Assembly (NCBI GenBank): GCA_021613535.1
Contig: CP075497.1
Coordinates: forward strand, 806,001-870,000
Direction of reading: 5' to 3'
Length of the DNA stretch: 64,000 nucleotides
DNA from: Adineta vaga
Lineage: Eukaryota; Animalia; Rotifera
Positions 51,544-64,000 of this stretch are shown here, one piece after another. A model generated the notes under the pieces. That model made no database searches, was not told the origin of the DNA, and saw only the letters and a list, made by a program, of their open reading frames with translations. Every line of letters starts with the position of its first letter. Within the stretch, counting starts at the first letter, position 1. The position numbers were made by a program, and so were the translations under genes.

Positions 51544-52534
51544 CCCAGGACGAACGTTCCGACCTCTATATCCATTCGGAACCAGCCGGAAAGCACCCTT
51601 TTCCGGCAACATTCCGTCCAAATCCCCTCATAAAATGTAGAAACCGTACGGAAGTCACTCGGAAACCAGAAGCAGTATTCCAGACCGGAATATCTACGGA
51701 CCGGATCCAGAAAAGTCCTAACAAACCCGACTATCAGGATCCATACGGAACCCATCGTAAACGACCGAATACAAAAAAACGAATACTATACATCACATTC
51801 CCAATCAGCGTATCATTACGGAACCGATCAAAACCAATCACCGAATCCCACCGGCTTCCCACCAACCGGAACTTTCCATAGACTTCCGGACCATTCCCCA
51901 GAATTCCAACAAAATCCCGACCGTTCCGACCATCGGACCCGATCCAAACAGGCTAACCGGACCCGCGCCAAACCTTTGGTTTCCGCCCATAAACGACACT
52001 ATCCAAAAGATTCCGATGAAATCCGACAGAAAAACAACGCAATTCCACTAAACGCACTACTATACACCGATTTTTCATCCGATTTTCATCCTCTCAAAAA
52101 TCCTATGAAAATGACCCTCACTTTTGAAAATATATGTAAGTTCACTTTTTGGTGGATGAGAAATCTGACATTTTAGGATATGATGAAGTATGTTGATGTT
52201 TGGTGGGTATTTGGGTAGATGTATATATGTCTGGGGAATATGTGGGTGCGTAAATCTTACTTGAAGTAGTTATCCGGAAGGTGTAGAGAAAGTACCGGAT
52301 CCGACGTGTCGGATACTGATTTGTGGATCCGATGGGCTCCCGTCGGTTTCCGTGATGTGGGTGATCAACGGAAGGGGTCGGACATTTTTCCGATTTTATC
52401 CGGAATGATCCTGTTGGAAATGATGGGAAACGATTGGATTTAGTCCGATGTGTTTCGGTCTGGAATCCTGCTTCCATGAAATGTCGGGAAGGCGCTGGAA
52501 CAGGTCGGTTCCGGGCCGGATTTTTCGACCTGAG
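51544..52534. mobile_element. CCGG/CGGA-rich non-autonomous foldback element
   Basis: GC-rich island with imperfect termini cccaggacgaa / ttcgacctgag; C/A-rich left half and G/T-rich right half. Confidence 0.65.
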
Positions 52535-52949
52535 ATAGGAGAGAGAACAGAAGAGAGAAAGAGATGAACAGAACGAAGTATAACATAAAGAAGAGTAGAA
52601 AAGAATAACATGATTAACACACACACATATATATTGTTACAACATCGACTAGACCGGTTATCGGAAGATGTAGGTTCGAGTGCTGCTCTGTTTTTATGAT
52701 CCTTGTTCACAAAATTTCTCGTACTTATTGACGCGTATCTGTGGATGGATTCTAATTAAAATGTAAGAGAGTTTCGTCGTGGACAGGTCCTAAAGTTTAA
52801 TAACTAGAAGTATTTATACTTTTATTTCAAACTCACTCACACCCTCAAGATAAATAATACAACTTCTTAGAGATCATGTTGAATTAATTTTAAAATACAT
52901 AAGCAGAAAAGATTTCGAACAAAGAACAAATAGTCCTGAAAAATAAAAA

Positions 52950-53937
52950 TCAATTGTTGAATAATTGCACTTCTGAATATTGAACAGAAGCCGCTCGGCC
53001 ACGTTTGCGATGAACAAGAAAACGATAGCTTTTATATTCTATAAAGTTAGTAAAATTTATAATTGAAGAACAATTCTGTCTACCAGGATCTATATCAAGT
53101 CCACTAGTACCATTGTACAACAGGGTCCAACCAGGACTAAAAGCAAGATTGGATCCTGAATAATTATTTCCTTCTAATGAAACGAGAATTGGATCATGTT
53201 CTGTAAGATCATCAGCTGTACAGATTTTCAATCCATTGACTAATTTTTGACCGTGTTTGAGTTCGTAATAGAAACCTGTTTGTAAACCACATCTTTTTTT
53301 TGGTTTATCTACTTTACATGAGCCATAGTTAACATATTTAGTTTTCACATCATTATCACATGCATTCGCTGGATGTTCTCCTGCAATATAATAGCCAGAA
53401 TATAGACCTTCTTCAGCTCTACTACTGTCGCCACCTATCATCGTGCTATGTATACCAATGAAACGGTTTTTGACAGCGACAAGTGATATTTGACCTGCAA
53501 AATTTTAGAAAACGAATATTTAATACATCTTTTGTTTTTCATCTCGTACAAGAGAAAATAATTAATGATAGATCTTCTATTAAGAACATCTTAAAATATC
53601 GTACACACTGATGAAACTATAAACAGGAAAAAGTAACTCATGCCATGCTTGTGAACTCAACTATTCATTCATTTAAAAATAATTTTATACCTTTTTCTGT
53701 TGTTATATTTTCAGTTTTTTTGGTAGTAACAATTTGTTTGGTAGTAATTTCTATTGTCGTAGTTGTAGCTATTCGAGTAGAGACAGTTCTTATTGTTGTA
53801 GTTGATAATGATGAGATTCTACTCTTATCTTTTCGAATAACGACTGTCGGAATGAGAGTACCTATGATGATCGCTGAGAGAATGAGAATTAATGATATTA
53901 CACACAGAATCTTTTGTTTGCGACTATGACAGCATCT
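52950..53937 (-). CDS. Type II membrane protein: TM anchor, Thr-rich stalk, discoidin/F5-8-like domain
   Basis: Minus strand ILCVISLILILSAIIIGTLIPTVVI plus T-rich stretch, intron about 53690-53495, then NACDNDVKTKY, SYRFLV and VQYSEVQLF. First exon not located. Confidence 0.65.
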
Positions 53938-54794
53938 AATAGACGTATATTATTATTATTATTATTTAAAACTACCTAAAATACTTATACAATGTATTTT
54001 CTGTTTTCGTGATATTTCGCAAGACCAAATTAGAATCGATTGATGAAGACTAAAAACAAAGCGAAGAAGATGATTAATTGATCTTTGTATCATAATCGGA
54101 CCTTACATGATGAACTTCGATGGCATTATGATTGATAACTGTGATTTTGGTCATGTTTGAATTGGAAAATGTGATATTTAATACGAGTTAAAATCAGTAT
54201 TCATTCATTGGAATGTATTTTGAATATTTCTAAATAACATTCATGTCATAGATTGCAAGATTTTAGTGAAATAATTGAAACAATTGTTCGGAAATAAAAA
54301 GACGTTTACCTTCTTTTTCTTCTGGATGATGAGAAAATAGAAATGGGTTAGTAAAAGAGTATGAGAAAATGTCAAATATGATTGAAAACTATTTGATTTG
54401 TTCATTTATATGTTTAAGTCATGAACGTGAGACTTTTGTTTTTTAAAATATATCTCATAGCGATACGATGAACAAGATTGATCGATTATTAGTAATGAAA
54501 ATCATCGATGATTTGTCTTCATAAATCATGTTTCCATACTTTCATGGTCCATAAGAATATTTGCTGAATATAGTTGATTTATTTTCATATTTAATCATGT
54601 TTTTCTATTCTTTCAAAGAAAAGAAAATAATTCATCATTTTTCTTACCCTTTAATTAAGTGTTTAGTTCTCTTTCTCTCGATTAATAATTTATTTTGAAG
54701 GAAAAACTTTCAGCGCAATTTCAATAGTATTGATGTTTCGTCAACATTTTCTGTTATCTGTAGATAAGTTTAAGTTCAATATTTTCTTTGTAAC

Positions 54795-55450
54795 TTACCT
54801 AATTTTATGTCGATACAGAGTTTTTCAGCTTATTAGTGACCATCTTTTTGATTATTAAAGACAATAAATGCGAAAACTTCGGATTTTATCCGAAAGTTAT
54901 GTGTACTGCAAAAAGTGTATGCGATAGAAGACAGGTAAGTCATAGAAGAATATCAATACTTTTGAATAACTCAAGAATGGCTCCTCCAATCAGACTCATC
55001 ATGGAACTCGAACGATATATTCATATTACAATATTCTTCAGAAAACCGCGTCACAATTGGATTAGTCTTTCAGGCATTATCTTGTAAACGAACCATTGGA
55101 CGGACGCCTTATTCATCTGACTAGTCAGTTTCATTATTTGAAGTAAACATAATATTCTGATTTAAGTTGCAGATTACCGCCTATACTTATTGAGTTTATT
55201 CGATCATGTACATACAAGTACACCCCCATAGTATGGGACATGAGGATCCAAGGGTATTCCCACCAAAATGACTTATCAGTATTTTAAGAATAACTCGGCC
55301 ATTTTCTAACCGATTCTAGTAGTGTACTCACGTTTTGAGTACACAAAAACGATTGTGATTATGTTTATCTTGAGAATGCGACGGGATGGTCAGTGTGTTG
55401 GACATGTCTGCCCTTAAACACTTTCTTTTAAATCGTATTCCACAATATAT
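54795..55450. repeat. Diverged relative of the interior of the 32968-35456 element
   Basis: acagagtttttcagc-tattag-gacc and ctgcccttaaacactt occur in the same order at about 35134/35275 and about 54815/55408. Confidence 0.6.
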
Positions 55451-55894
55451 TCAATTTCATGTAAGGAAGGAAACTCACCTATAGCGATGCCTCCGTATCT
55501 TTTTCGCATTCAAGCTGTCTGCTCGTGAAATCAAATGACCACAAAAAGATTGATTAAGGTGCACAGAATGATCAATTCAACTGAGTATTGTTTTTAGTTT
55601 TGATGTTGAAAATTATTTCAATATATGATAAAATTTTATAAGTTCCAAAAACGATTCTTTTCTCTCTATTTTAGATTGAAATTCTCATCGTCAAAATCAA
55701 ACTAATCGACAAACAAAGTCATATGAACTATGAATAACAATCGAATAGGAGTTGATGACGTATATATTATTTAATAAGAAAGAAATCTTTACTTTTTTAT
55801 GTATTTATTTTAGTTTCAATCAAATATTGATAATTCTAATCATTCATCATATATGTAATAAAGAAATTTGAGAGAGAACAAAGAATTTATTTTT

Positions 55895-57142
55895 ATGAGA
55901 TTTAGATCGAATTGTCTTCGAAAAAGAAATTCTCTGTGGATAATCATGGTTAGTATTGTAATTCTATCAGTTATAATCATACCAACAGTTATTGTTATAA
56001 ACAATGAAGATTCTTCAGAAATCTCAACAGAAAATATATCATTATCAGGAAATATTGCATCATCGATTACAGAATCAATAACAACAATGACATCATCAGT
56101 AGAAATTATTTCAAAATCTGTGAAAACAACTGAAAAAATTATGATAGAAATAATCCAAAACAGGACAATACCATGTATGAAATAGTTTTCTTGAGAAAAT
56201 GATAGTTTATATTCTTCAATCTCGTTTATTGTCGTTTCAGTTGATCACAATACTACATGGAATCGAAATGGAATTACAGTTGCGGGAGGAAATGGATATG
56301 GTAAAAAAGGAAATCAATTTATAGGTGGTAGATCGATCTGTGTCGATGATGATAAACAAAAATTATATGTCATGGATCTTGACAATGATCGTGTAATGGA
56401 ATGGAAATTCAATGGAAGAACTGGTCGAATTATTGCCGGTGGAAATGGAGAAGGAAATGAAACGGATCAATTGCACTCCCCAAGAGATATGGTTTTTGAT
56501 AAAAATAATGATTCGCTTATTCTTTGTGATCCTAATAATTATCGAATTGTACGATGGTCATTTCAAAACACTGAATTTGGTGAAATATTAGTGTCAAACA
56601 TTCGTTGTAATGGTTTGGCAATGGATAAGAATAATGATCTTTACATTTCTGATTGGAAGCTTAATGTAATAAAACAATGGAAACCTGGAGATTCTCTTCC
56701 AAAAATAATAATAGATATAAAAGAAAATAAAGATCCTTCTATTTCAACAAATCATTTAATGTTTGGTGACATTTTTGTCGATCAAGATTTAGCAGTATAC
56801 ATAGCTGACGACACAGGCAATAATTGTATTATGAAATGGACAAGAGAAACAAAGAAATTAGAACGTCTTATTGCTAAGGATGTAATGCCACCAAATACAC
56901 AATTTCGTGGTTTAATAGTTGACGATTTTGGTAATGTTTATTTCTGTGATTATTCCAATAATTTAGTCATACGTTGGAACGCAAAGACAAAACAACATAG
57001 TATTATTCTTGGCGGACGAGATGCAAACGGAGTAGAGCAACTGCATAGCCCTTACGATTTCGCATTTGATCGACGAGGTAATCTTTACGTGGCCGATTCT
57101 CAAAATTATCGAATACAAAAATTTGAAATTGATTTCAATTAA
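55895..57142 (+). CDS. Membrane-anchored NHL-repeat beta-propeller protein; exons 55895-56174 and 56241-57142
   Basis: TM segment plus S/T stalk; WNRNGITVAGGNG, QLHSP and GNLYVADSQNYRIQKF. Confidence 0.9.
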
Positions 57143-60100
57143 ACCTGTTAAAATAAATCCTTTTTTTCGCTTTATTTATCAAACTTCTGGCTTTTTCTCT
57201 TTATTGTACGATATTCGCTTGATTTGTATAGTTTCTAGTTGATTAATACGAAATACGCTAGACAAAAAAAATGAATAGTTATATGTTATTGTATGTATTA
57301 TTTATCTATACTTTCGCATCAGTTCTCTTCAGAGTTGTAACGGGTTTGAACCGGCTTTTATCTGTCTGAAACTTTTTTGGGTCGGCCGAACCGGACCAGT
57401 TACAAGTGTAGTGCCCTCTTTAAATTTAACTTTTTACTATTGTATTTGACTTGTAAAAATAAAAATACATGCTAAAAAAGGTAAAGAAATCTTTTGAAAA
57501 ATTTTTCAACAGAACATGAGTTGTCCTGTTATGTTATGTCGATTTTATAATGCTGGTTTATTGATTATAGTTCTCCAATAGTCATCTTCATATCCGCACG
57601 TATCATGCGATGATGTGGATATAAATTAGTTGATTATTGAGATCATTTCTATTAAGATCGGTGAAAAAGTTTCTCTACAAAGCCTGCTATGCCACCGTGT
57701 CCCCGAATACTGCGTTGGGGTTCTATACCGAAATTGATGAGTGCCGCTCTCATCACTGTAAGACTATTGAGCGAAACTAATATAATCAAACCTAAGCTAT
57801 CAAGTATGCTCTACACGACTATGATCTTCAAAATCAATTTAGATAAGGCCGCTGTAAATGTATCAGAGACACGATGGAATCACCCTTTTATTAAATTTAT
57901 ATTTGACAAAGAATTATTTGAAAATAACTTTGTCTTTACTGAGAAAATATGAAAAAAGTCAATATGAATGGTCGTATAATTTATGATTTATTAACAAAAC
58001 TTTTATTTCCTATTTCAATGCTTCTGTCAATAGACTTTATTGTTAAAATATTTTACTTGAAAAAGAAATGATATAATGCGAAACATATGATATTAATCTA
58101 CAGTTTCAATTTTTAGAAACAATGAGTTTTACTCGCAATAAAATATGTGTTTGTGATGTAAGATATTGATAAGATAAAAAAGTTAATTTAATTTGAATAA
58201 CTACTTTAGACTATTTCAAATGATCAAAAAGAAAGTTTAAGCATCAAATCAAAAACATCGTAAGTTTATTCTGAAGCTATTCTTTGATAAAACTTCAATT
58301 GAATTGCAGTAAATGATAAAATATTATTTTTAGATCTGAAACAAATCGAAAAAGAAACATCATTCGCATTTTAATAACGTTGATTGGTAGTATTTTATTA
58401 ATGATGGGTATTGCGATTCCATTGACTATAATTTGAAAGAAGAAAATTGAATTCATCAAAACCATTACCATTAATAAATACAACAACATTAATGCCAACA
58501 ATAACGAAAATCAATGTAACACGAACAACAAACAAGAAGACAACCATTAAGTACAGCAACACCTGGAGAAAGCGACAAATGTACAATTTCATAAGCTAAT
58601 TTAAAACTTTCTCAGAAATACATAAATCCAATCTTATTTGAAATCTTTTTGTCATCAAAAAAGTTTAAACAAGTCTCATTTTACTTTATTAAACTGTATG
58701 AAACATAAACTAAAGGTAAATTATAATTCCTGAAATGAATGACAACAAGAACTATAAGAGTATATACTTCTTAGCAAGATTATATTCACTTGTATCTATT
58801 CCTACTCATCTTATTGAATTTTATTTTGTAGTTCCAAAAAGCAATTATTACTTTTCTTGTGATTGTATTCAAACGCTTTTTTAAAAAGATGAATTATCTG
58901 TCTCAATAATAAATAATATAATTAAGGCGTTTTTTAATTTCGTGTTTAACTGGAGTATTTGCTGAATATTATTTATTTATTTAAATATTTGATCACGTTT
59001 TTCTAATCATTTTTAAGAAAGAAAAAACAATTCATCATCTTTTATTGATCTTTGTTATTCATGGATTTATTCAAATCTTTCTCTCTTAATCAAATCTCTA
59101 ATTCTCTCTCTAACAAAATTTTATCATGGAAAATAAGAAAATAAGAAATATAGATATATAAAAAGACAGGAATTAGCCCTTCATTTGAACTTTTTCTATC
59201 GATCTTTTCAATCTTAGGTGAGTAACAATGAGACATCGAATCTCGTGTAGAACTCTTAATTCAAAATCTCACAGAAAATTTTGTTCAATTTTCTTAGCAA
59301 AAGAAGAAGAATATGGGGGATTATCTGTAGGCACAACCTTTACATTTTTCAAAAGCTCGTGTAATCAGAAATTTCCAGACTTATTCCCAATAAATCAAAA
59401 CCTCAATTCTGATAAAATCTTCTTTCAGGATTTTAAAGTTTCGATCCCAATCTCATCGGACTTTCAAATTAAGAGACGAGTTTTGCTCCAATGTGAAACT
59501 GATTATACATCCAATTCGGTCGTTTTGACTTCCAAAAGCGTCAAGAAACGCTCGGAAGAATAGATTTTTCTGAAAGCTTCCACAGGTTTCAGTCTTCCTA
59601 CCAATTTTATCGGGAGAAAAAGACAAAAAATAGAAGTAGGGTTCCGGTGGTAATTCGTCGTACTTAGATCTATTTTCATTCCGCCTATATCCCGTAATTC
59701 GAAAACGATCATATCCTTTCGACATTTTAAAACCGATTCACATACCAAAACGGAGTTCTCAAAAAAAAACAAGATCTTCTACTAATTAATGAAGAATCTT
59801 GTAGAAAAGAACAGTATTTTGGATCCACAGTTTTCTATCCGTTTCCGCTGTTGTAACAGTGGAGTTTTACTTTAAAATCTTCAATTCTTGTAAGTTACAG
59901 CTAGTTTGTTCATGCAAATTCTCAAAAATCTGCATTAACTCAGTCCCTTTAGCTCACTCATGGCGCCATCACTATAGTTTCTATTACTGCCACTGAATTT
60001 CAGAATAATATCGTGAAATCAACGAGAACTCGATAAGTGTCAAAAGCATTTAATGTTTCGTATGTTGACTGAGTTTCGAGATGTAGACGGCGTAGATTTT

Positions 60101-60200
60101 AGCTGAGAATAGAATGATTATTCCTCAATAATGTGGAATTTCTGTGTCTTTCAATTTGCATAACTTAAACTAGTTTCAGATAATTCTTATTTCTGAAAAA

Positions 60201-63200
60201 ATGCTAATCAACATTGATTTTGGATCACTATTCAAATTATTAAAAAGTTATTTATTGCAACTGAATTCATTTCAAAGTGGAATTGAAGATGAATCAATGA
60301 TAAAAAATGAACGCCGGTCGACTCGCATCTATATTATACTTCTTATACTATCAATATTTATAATTGTTTTATATCATATAATCATTCCTTACAGCGATAC
60401 AGTTGTGCTAAAGTCTCCATCGTATTCTGATTATTCTCGTCTATCAAAGAAATTTTTATTACAATGTCCATGTACAACAATATCAGTGAAATATGAAGAA
60501 TTTCTTGCAATGAAACCACACTTTCATGAATTATGTCAAAGTGAACTAATTTCGAATCGATTTATCAAAAAATTATTTGATCTTTATGAAGAAAGTTGGA
60601 ATAATTCAATTGAAACTGATGTTCGTCGTATCGGCACTTTTCAATTCCAAACTTTAAATCATTTTTGTAAATTAACAAACGAATTAATTGAAGATAATCT
60701 TCAAACATTTTTACAAACAGAATTTATTCAAAGATATTTGATTTCTTCAGAACAATTACTTAGTCAAATGGCATCATCTATAACCAATTTTGCTGATATA
60801 ATACCTAAAACGTTTTTTCGAATTTTAACATTTTTTCAAAATGTTACAGCAGAAAATTTCTTCATGACTGGTGCTTCGATAACAAGTACAATGCCATTCA
60901 ATGCGGATAATTATAATAGTATAAGTGAAATCCTACCAAATCTGGGAATCAAATATGTGTTTGCAGATAAATCTTCGTGTACCTGTTCTACATCAACAGC
61001 CAATACCTGTATGGGTTTAGCAACATTGAATAATGAAAATGTTCTTGGTTTGAAAACAGGTTGTTATATGTTAAGTGCACTTTTGAATTCAACACTTGAA
61101 GTATTTTATAATCAAACATTTATTAATATTCTTACAAATTCAACAAATGTTTTTCCCAAACTGAAGTCTTCATCATCACATGAAACTGTTGGAACAATGT
61201 TGAAACAAATGTTTATTATTCATTGGGAAAATCGAACGGACTTTGAAAAATACTTCAATGCATGTGCACCGAATATTTGTCAATATACAATTAAAAAATC
61301 CTATGAATTTTTACTTATTGTCACAATATTAATTGGATTATTCGGTGGAATATCATCAACATTACGAATCATTATACCTCTAATCGTTACAAAAGTTTGG
61401 CCATTTTTACAAAAAATGATCATTGAATGTCGAAATCCTCGTCGATCAGTTTCACAAACTGAAATCACTCGAATGAAAAAATCAGTAAACGATCGTAGAA
61501 AAGAATTTTTTCAATTATTAAAACAAAATTTAATTGAATTGAATTTCTTCAAAAGTGCTCCTCCATCAACAGATCAAAATATTGTTCTTCAACAACGTAT
61601 TACAACACGATTATATTTGATTTTATTCTTTTTATCATTAATTATTTTAATCATTTTTCGATCAATTAAACCACAAACAATTCATTCAACAAAACATTTA
61701 CCAACATTAAATGATTTTTTTTTACTTGATAAACAATATTCTCAAACACTTCATTGTCCTTGTTCACAAATAACAATTCCATATAAATATCTGATGAAAA
61801 TTCAACCTGAATATTTGGAAATTTGTACAAGTCATTTTGTCTCTTCTGATTGGATTAATATTGAATACAAATATACAGACGAAGACATATATATTGATGA
61901 TTTTCGACATCAATCTAAATACTTTTTTCAACTTTTATCAACATTATGTCAAATATCCAAACAAACAATTGAAGAATCACTTCAATCATTTTATCAAACA
62001 CAATTTCTTTCCAATGAACTTCTCAATAATCAATCATTTCAAACTCAATTTAATTCCATTTTTGATGAATTTAAACAAACAATTCAAGAATCATTTCAAC
62101 GAGTTTTACAAACAATAAAGTTCAATTTTGAGATCAATCAATTTAGTACAGAATTAAATTCAAGATTTGGCTATTCCTCAATGGCTCATACTATAGGACA
62201 GCTTTATATTTTACCTCTTTCACGAAAGATATTATCAACATCTGATTCTAATATTCCAAACAATATAGGATTACACGCAGAATCTTGTTCAGTTAAAGAT
62301 CTTCATCAATCATGTTACGAAAAAGTCGTATTAAGATTAAATGAAACAAAAAGTATAACTATTCCTGGATTGTTTCTTCATTGGTCTCCTTATCAATCGA
62401 TTTTAATGTCATCATTTGAATGTTTTTATAATCAAACATGTTTTTCTTCAATTGTCTCTGAAATTCATTCGACAAAACATTTTTCGATACTTAAGTCTTC
62501 AAAATATGAAAATGAAACAATTGAATCATTATCAAATCAATTATTTCTTCAAACATGGTCGAATGAAATCTTATATAAATCATATTTTAATCAATGTCAA
62601 CCATTCAAATGTCAATATAGTTATGAAACGAGATTACATTTTCTTTATATTTTTACAACATTTCTCGGGCTTGTTGGTGGTTTAAATATTGTTTTTCATC
62701 TTTTGTCATTCTTAATTGTCAAATCAATTTCTAAACTTCATCATTATATTTGTCAATATCAACGAAATCAAGAAGAACAATCGATATTTGTAAGTCATCT
62801 TCAGAATTTTTTCGTATTTTTAAAAGAAACTCTGATTCATTTGAATTTATTTAATACAATTCCATTATCAAATGATGAAAAAATTCTTCGAAGAAATCGT
62901 CGAAAAACTCGAATTTATTTTCTTCTATTAATAACAATATTTCCTATCGTTATATTTTATATAATATTAAAAAAAGAAACAACTACAATCATTGTAAAAA
63001 ATCCGACAATAATTCAATATAAAGAATTCTCAAGTAAATATTCAACAACATTACAATGTCCTTGTACACATATTTCAATAAAACATCAAACAATAATTAC
63101 TCAATTCCCACCGGAATATCATGAAATTTGTTCAAGTACTTATCTATCATTCAAATGGTTAAAAGCATTGCATTTTGCTGAGATTAATGTTCGAATTAAC

Positions 63201-64000
63201 AAAGATTTACATTCATATATAACGAATACTTTCAATGGAATATCAGAATTATGTAAACTTTCGAAAAGCATGTTAAATGTCGCATTATCAAATTTTGAAA
63301 AAACAAATTTTATCACATCAGATGTTTTATTTCCTGATGATTTTCATAGTCGAATACAACGAATTCTTGGAGAATTTAAAAGAAGAATATCTTATGAATT
63401 TTCAGAAACATTTCGAATTATTCAAAGAATAAATATTGCAAATCAATTAGCTACAATTGACCAAATCAGTTGGCACTTTATTTCAAAATACAATGTTTCT
63501 TCCGAAACGATTCGTAAATTCGTTTTTATGAATATCTTAACAATACCAAAACGATATGATTCAGTGAATTGTTCATGTGGTTTACAATCGACTTGTTTAC
63601 ATTTAGATCATTTTCATTTCGTAGAATTTTTCCCTGAAATATCATCATTACCTCCTGGATTTTACAAGGCATGTCAACTAACAGATACGATTTTTCATTT
63701 TAATTTAAATTGTTTCTATGATTCAAAATGTGTCAATTTCTTATCATCATATTTTCTACCTTCTCATTCAAAACCACTCGAAGTTTTTACTTCGAATTCA
63801 TTTTCATTACCGAATATAACAATTGAACAACTTGTCAAGAAATTATTTGTTATCAAATGGATTGAACAAATATCATTTGAGAAATATTTCCATGAATGTC
63901 AACCTTCAATATGTCAATATACACATACTATTCGATATAATAATCTCTATATACTTACACTATTACTTGCATTATTTGGTGGATTATCAAAAGGAATGCA
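60201..64000 (+). CDS. Large intronless membrane protein with at least 3 tandem ~430-aa modules (TM, Cys-rich ectodomain, TM); runs off the window
   Basis: ATG at 60201. Conserved motifs checked in one frame: TRxY+TM (about 60321, 61605, 62907), CPC (about 60465, 61755, 63057) and CxPxxCQY...GLxGG (61263, 62595, 63897). Absent from the ORF track, consistent with no stop before the window end. Confidence 0.85.
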   Translation, partial: MLINIDFGSLFKLLKSYLLQLNSFQSGIEDESMIKNERRSTRIYIILLILSIFIIVLYHIIIPYSDTVVLKSPSYSDYSRLSKKFLLQCPCTTISVKYEEFLAMKPHFHELCQSELISNRFIKKLFDLYEESWNNSIETDVRRIGTFQFQTLNHFCKLTNELIEDNLQTFLQTEFIQRYLISSEQLLSQMASSITNFADIIPKTFFRILTFFQNVTAENFFMTGASITSTMPFNADNYNSISEILPNLGIKYVFADKSSCTCSTSTANTCMGLATLNNENVLGLKTGCYMLSALLNSTLEVFYNQTFINILTNSTNVFPKLKSSSSHETVGTMLKQMFIIHWENRTDFEKYFNACAPNICQYTIKKSYEFLLIVTILIGLFGGISSTLRIIIPLIVTKVWPFLQKMIIECRNPRRSVSQTEITRMKKSVNDRRKEFFQLLKQNLIELNFFKSAPPSTDQNIVLQQRITTRLYLILFFLSLIILIIFRSIKPQTIHSTKHLPTLNDFFLLDKQYSQTLHCPCSQITIPYKYLMKIQPEYLEICTSHFVSSDWINIEYKYTDEDIYIDDFRHQSKYFFQLLSTLCQISKQTIEESLQSFYQTQFLSNELLNNQSFQTQFNSIFDEFKQTIQESFQRVLQTIKFNFEINQFSTELNSRFGYSSMAHTIGQLYILPLSRKILSTSDSNIPNNIGLHAESCSVKDLHQSCYEKVVLRLNETKSITIPGLFLHWSPYQSILMSSFECFYNQTCFSSIVSEIHSTKHFSILKSSKYENETIESLSNQLFLQTWSNEILYKSYFNQCQPFKCQYSYETRLHFLYIFTTFLGLVGGLNIVFHLLSFLIVKSISKLHHYICQYQRNQEEQSIFVSHLQNFFVFLKETLIHLNLFNTIPLSNDEKILRRNRRKTRIYFLLLITIFPIVIFYIILKKETTTIIVKNPTIIQYKEFSSKYSTTLQCPCTHISIKHQTIITQFPPEYHEICSSTYLSFKWLKALHFAEINVRINKDLHSYITNTFNGISELCKLSKSMLNVALSNFEKTNFITSDVLFPDDFHSRIQRILGEFKRRISYEFSETFRIIQRINIANQLATIDQISWHFISKYNVSSETIRKFVFMNILTIPKRYDSVNCSCGLQSTCLHLDHFHFVEFFPEISSLPPGFYKACQLTDTIFHFNLNCFYDSKCVNFLSSYFLPSHSKPLEVFTSNSFSLPNITIEQLVKKLFVIKWIEQISFEKYFHECQPSICQYTHTIRYNNLYILTLLLALFGGLSKGM

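Noticed and set aside
51402-52710. ORFs within the CCGG-rich element
   Set aside because: Chance open frames caused by high GC and repeats.
59165-59960. Possible non-autonomous transposon and its ORFs
   Set aside because: Repeat-like texture, but TIRs and TSD could not be established.
61837-62685. Track ORFs 61837..62118 and 62416..62685
   Set aside because: Out-of-frame shadows of the long 60201 ORF.
1-64000. Prokaryotic or phage origin
   Set aside because: Spliceosomal introns, low gene density and eukaryotic TEs throughout.

Overview
AT-rich, intron-containing eukaryotic DNA. Short ~50-bp GT-AG introns, TGTGGG-type repeats and the gene families present (ART-TPR, LDLa/EGF-GPCR, NHL, PAN, DEDDy-bearing LTR element) point to a bdelloid rotifer (inference, no search run). 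Left third: questin-oxidase-like fragment, a spliced gene fusing a NEURL4-type ADP-ribosyltransferase-like domain to a TMEM272-like membrane domain, a P2C-like P-type ATPase, a secreted PAN protein, a frameshifted ART-TPR gene, the 3' end of an LTR retrotransposon (DEDDy exonuclease ORF + PPT + LTR) and an LDLa/EGF-7TM receptor with two in-frame TGAs. Middle: decayed Helitron helicase, an intronless multi-TM class-3 lipase, about 8 kb of nested non-autonomous DNA transposons and an intron-rich, internally deleted hAT. Right third: GMC oxidoreductase, discoidin-like and NHL membrane proteins, and a >1260-codon ORF missing from the ORF track that strings together three TM/Cys-rich loop/TM modules (DEG/ENaC-like topology). 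No CRISPR, rRNA or tRNA recognised. Boundaries were read by eye and may be off by a few bases.
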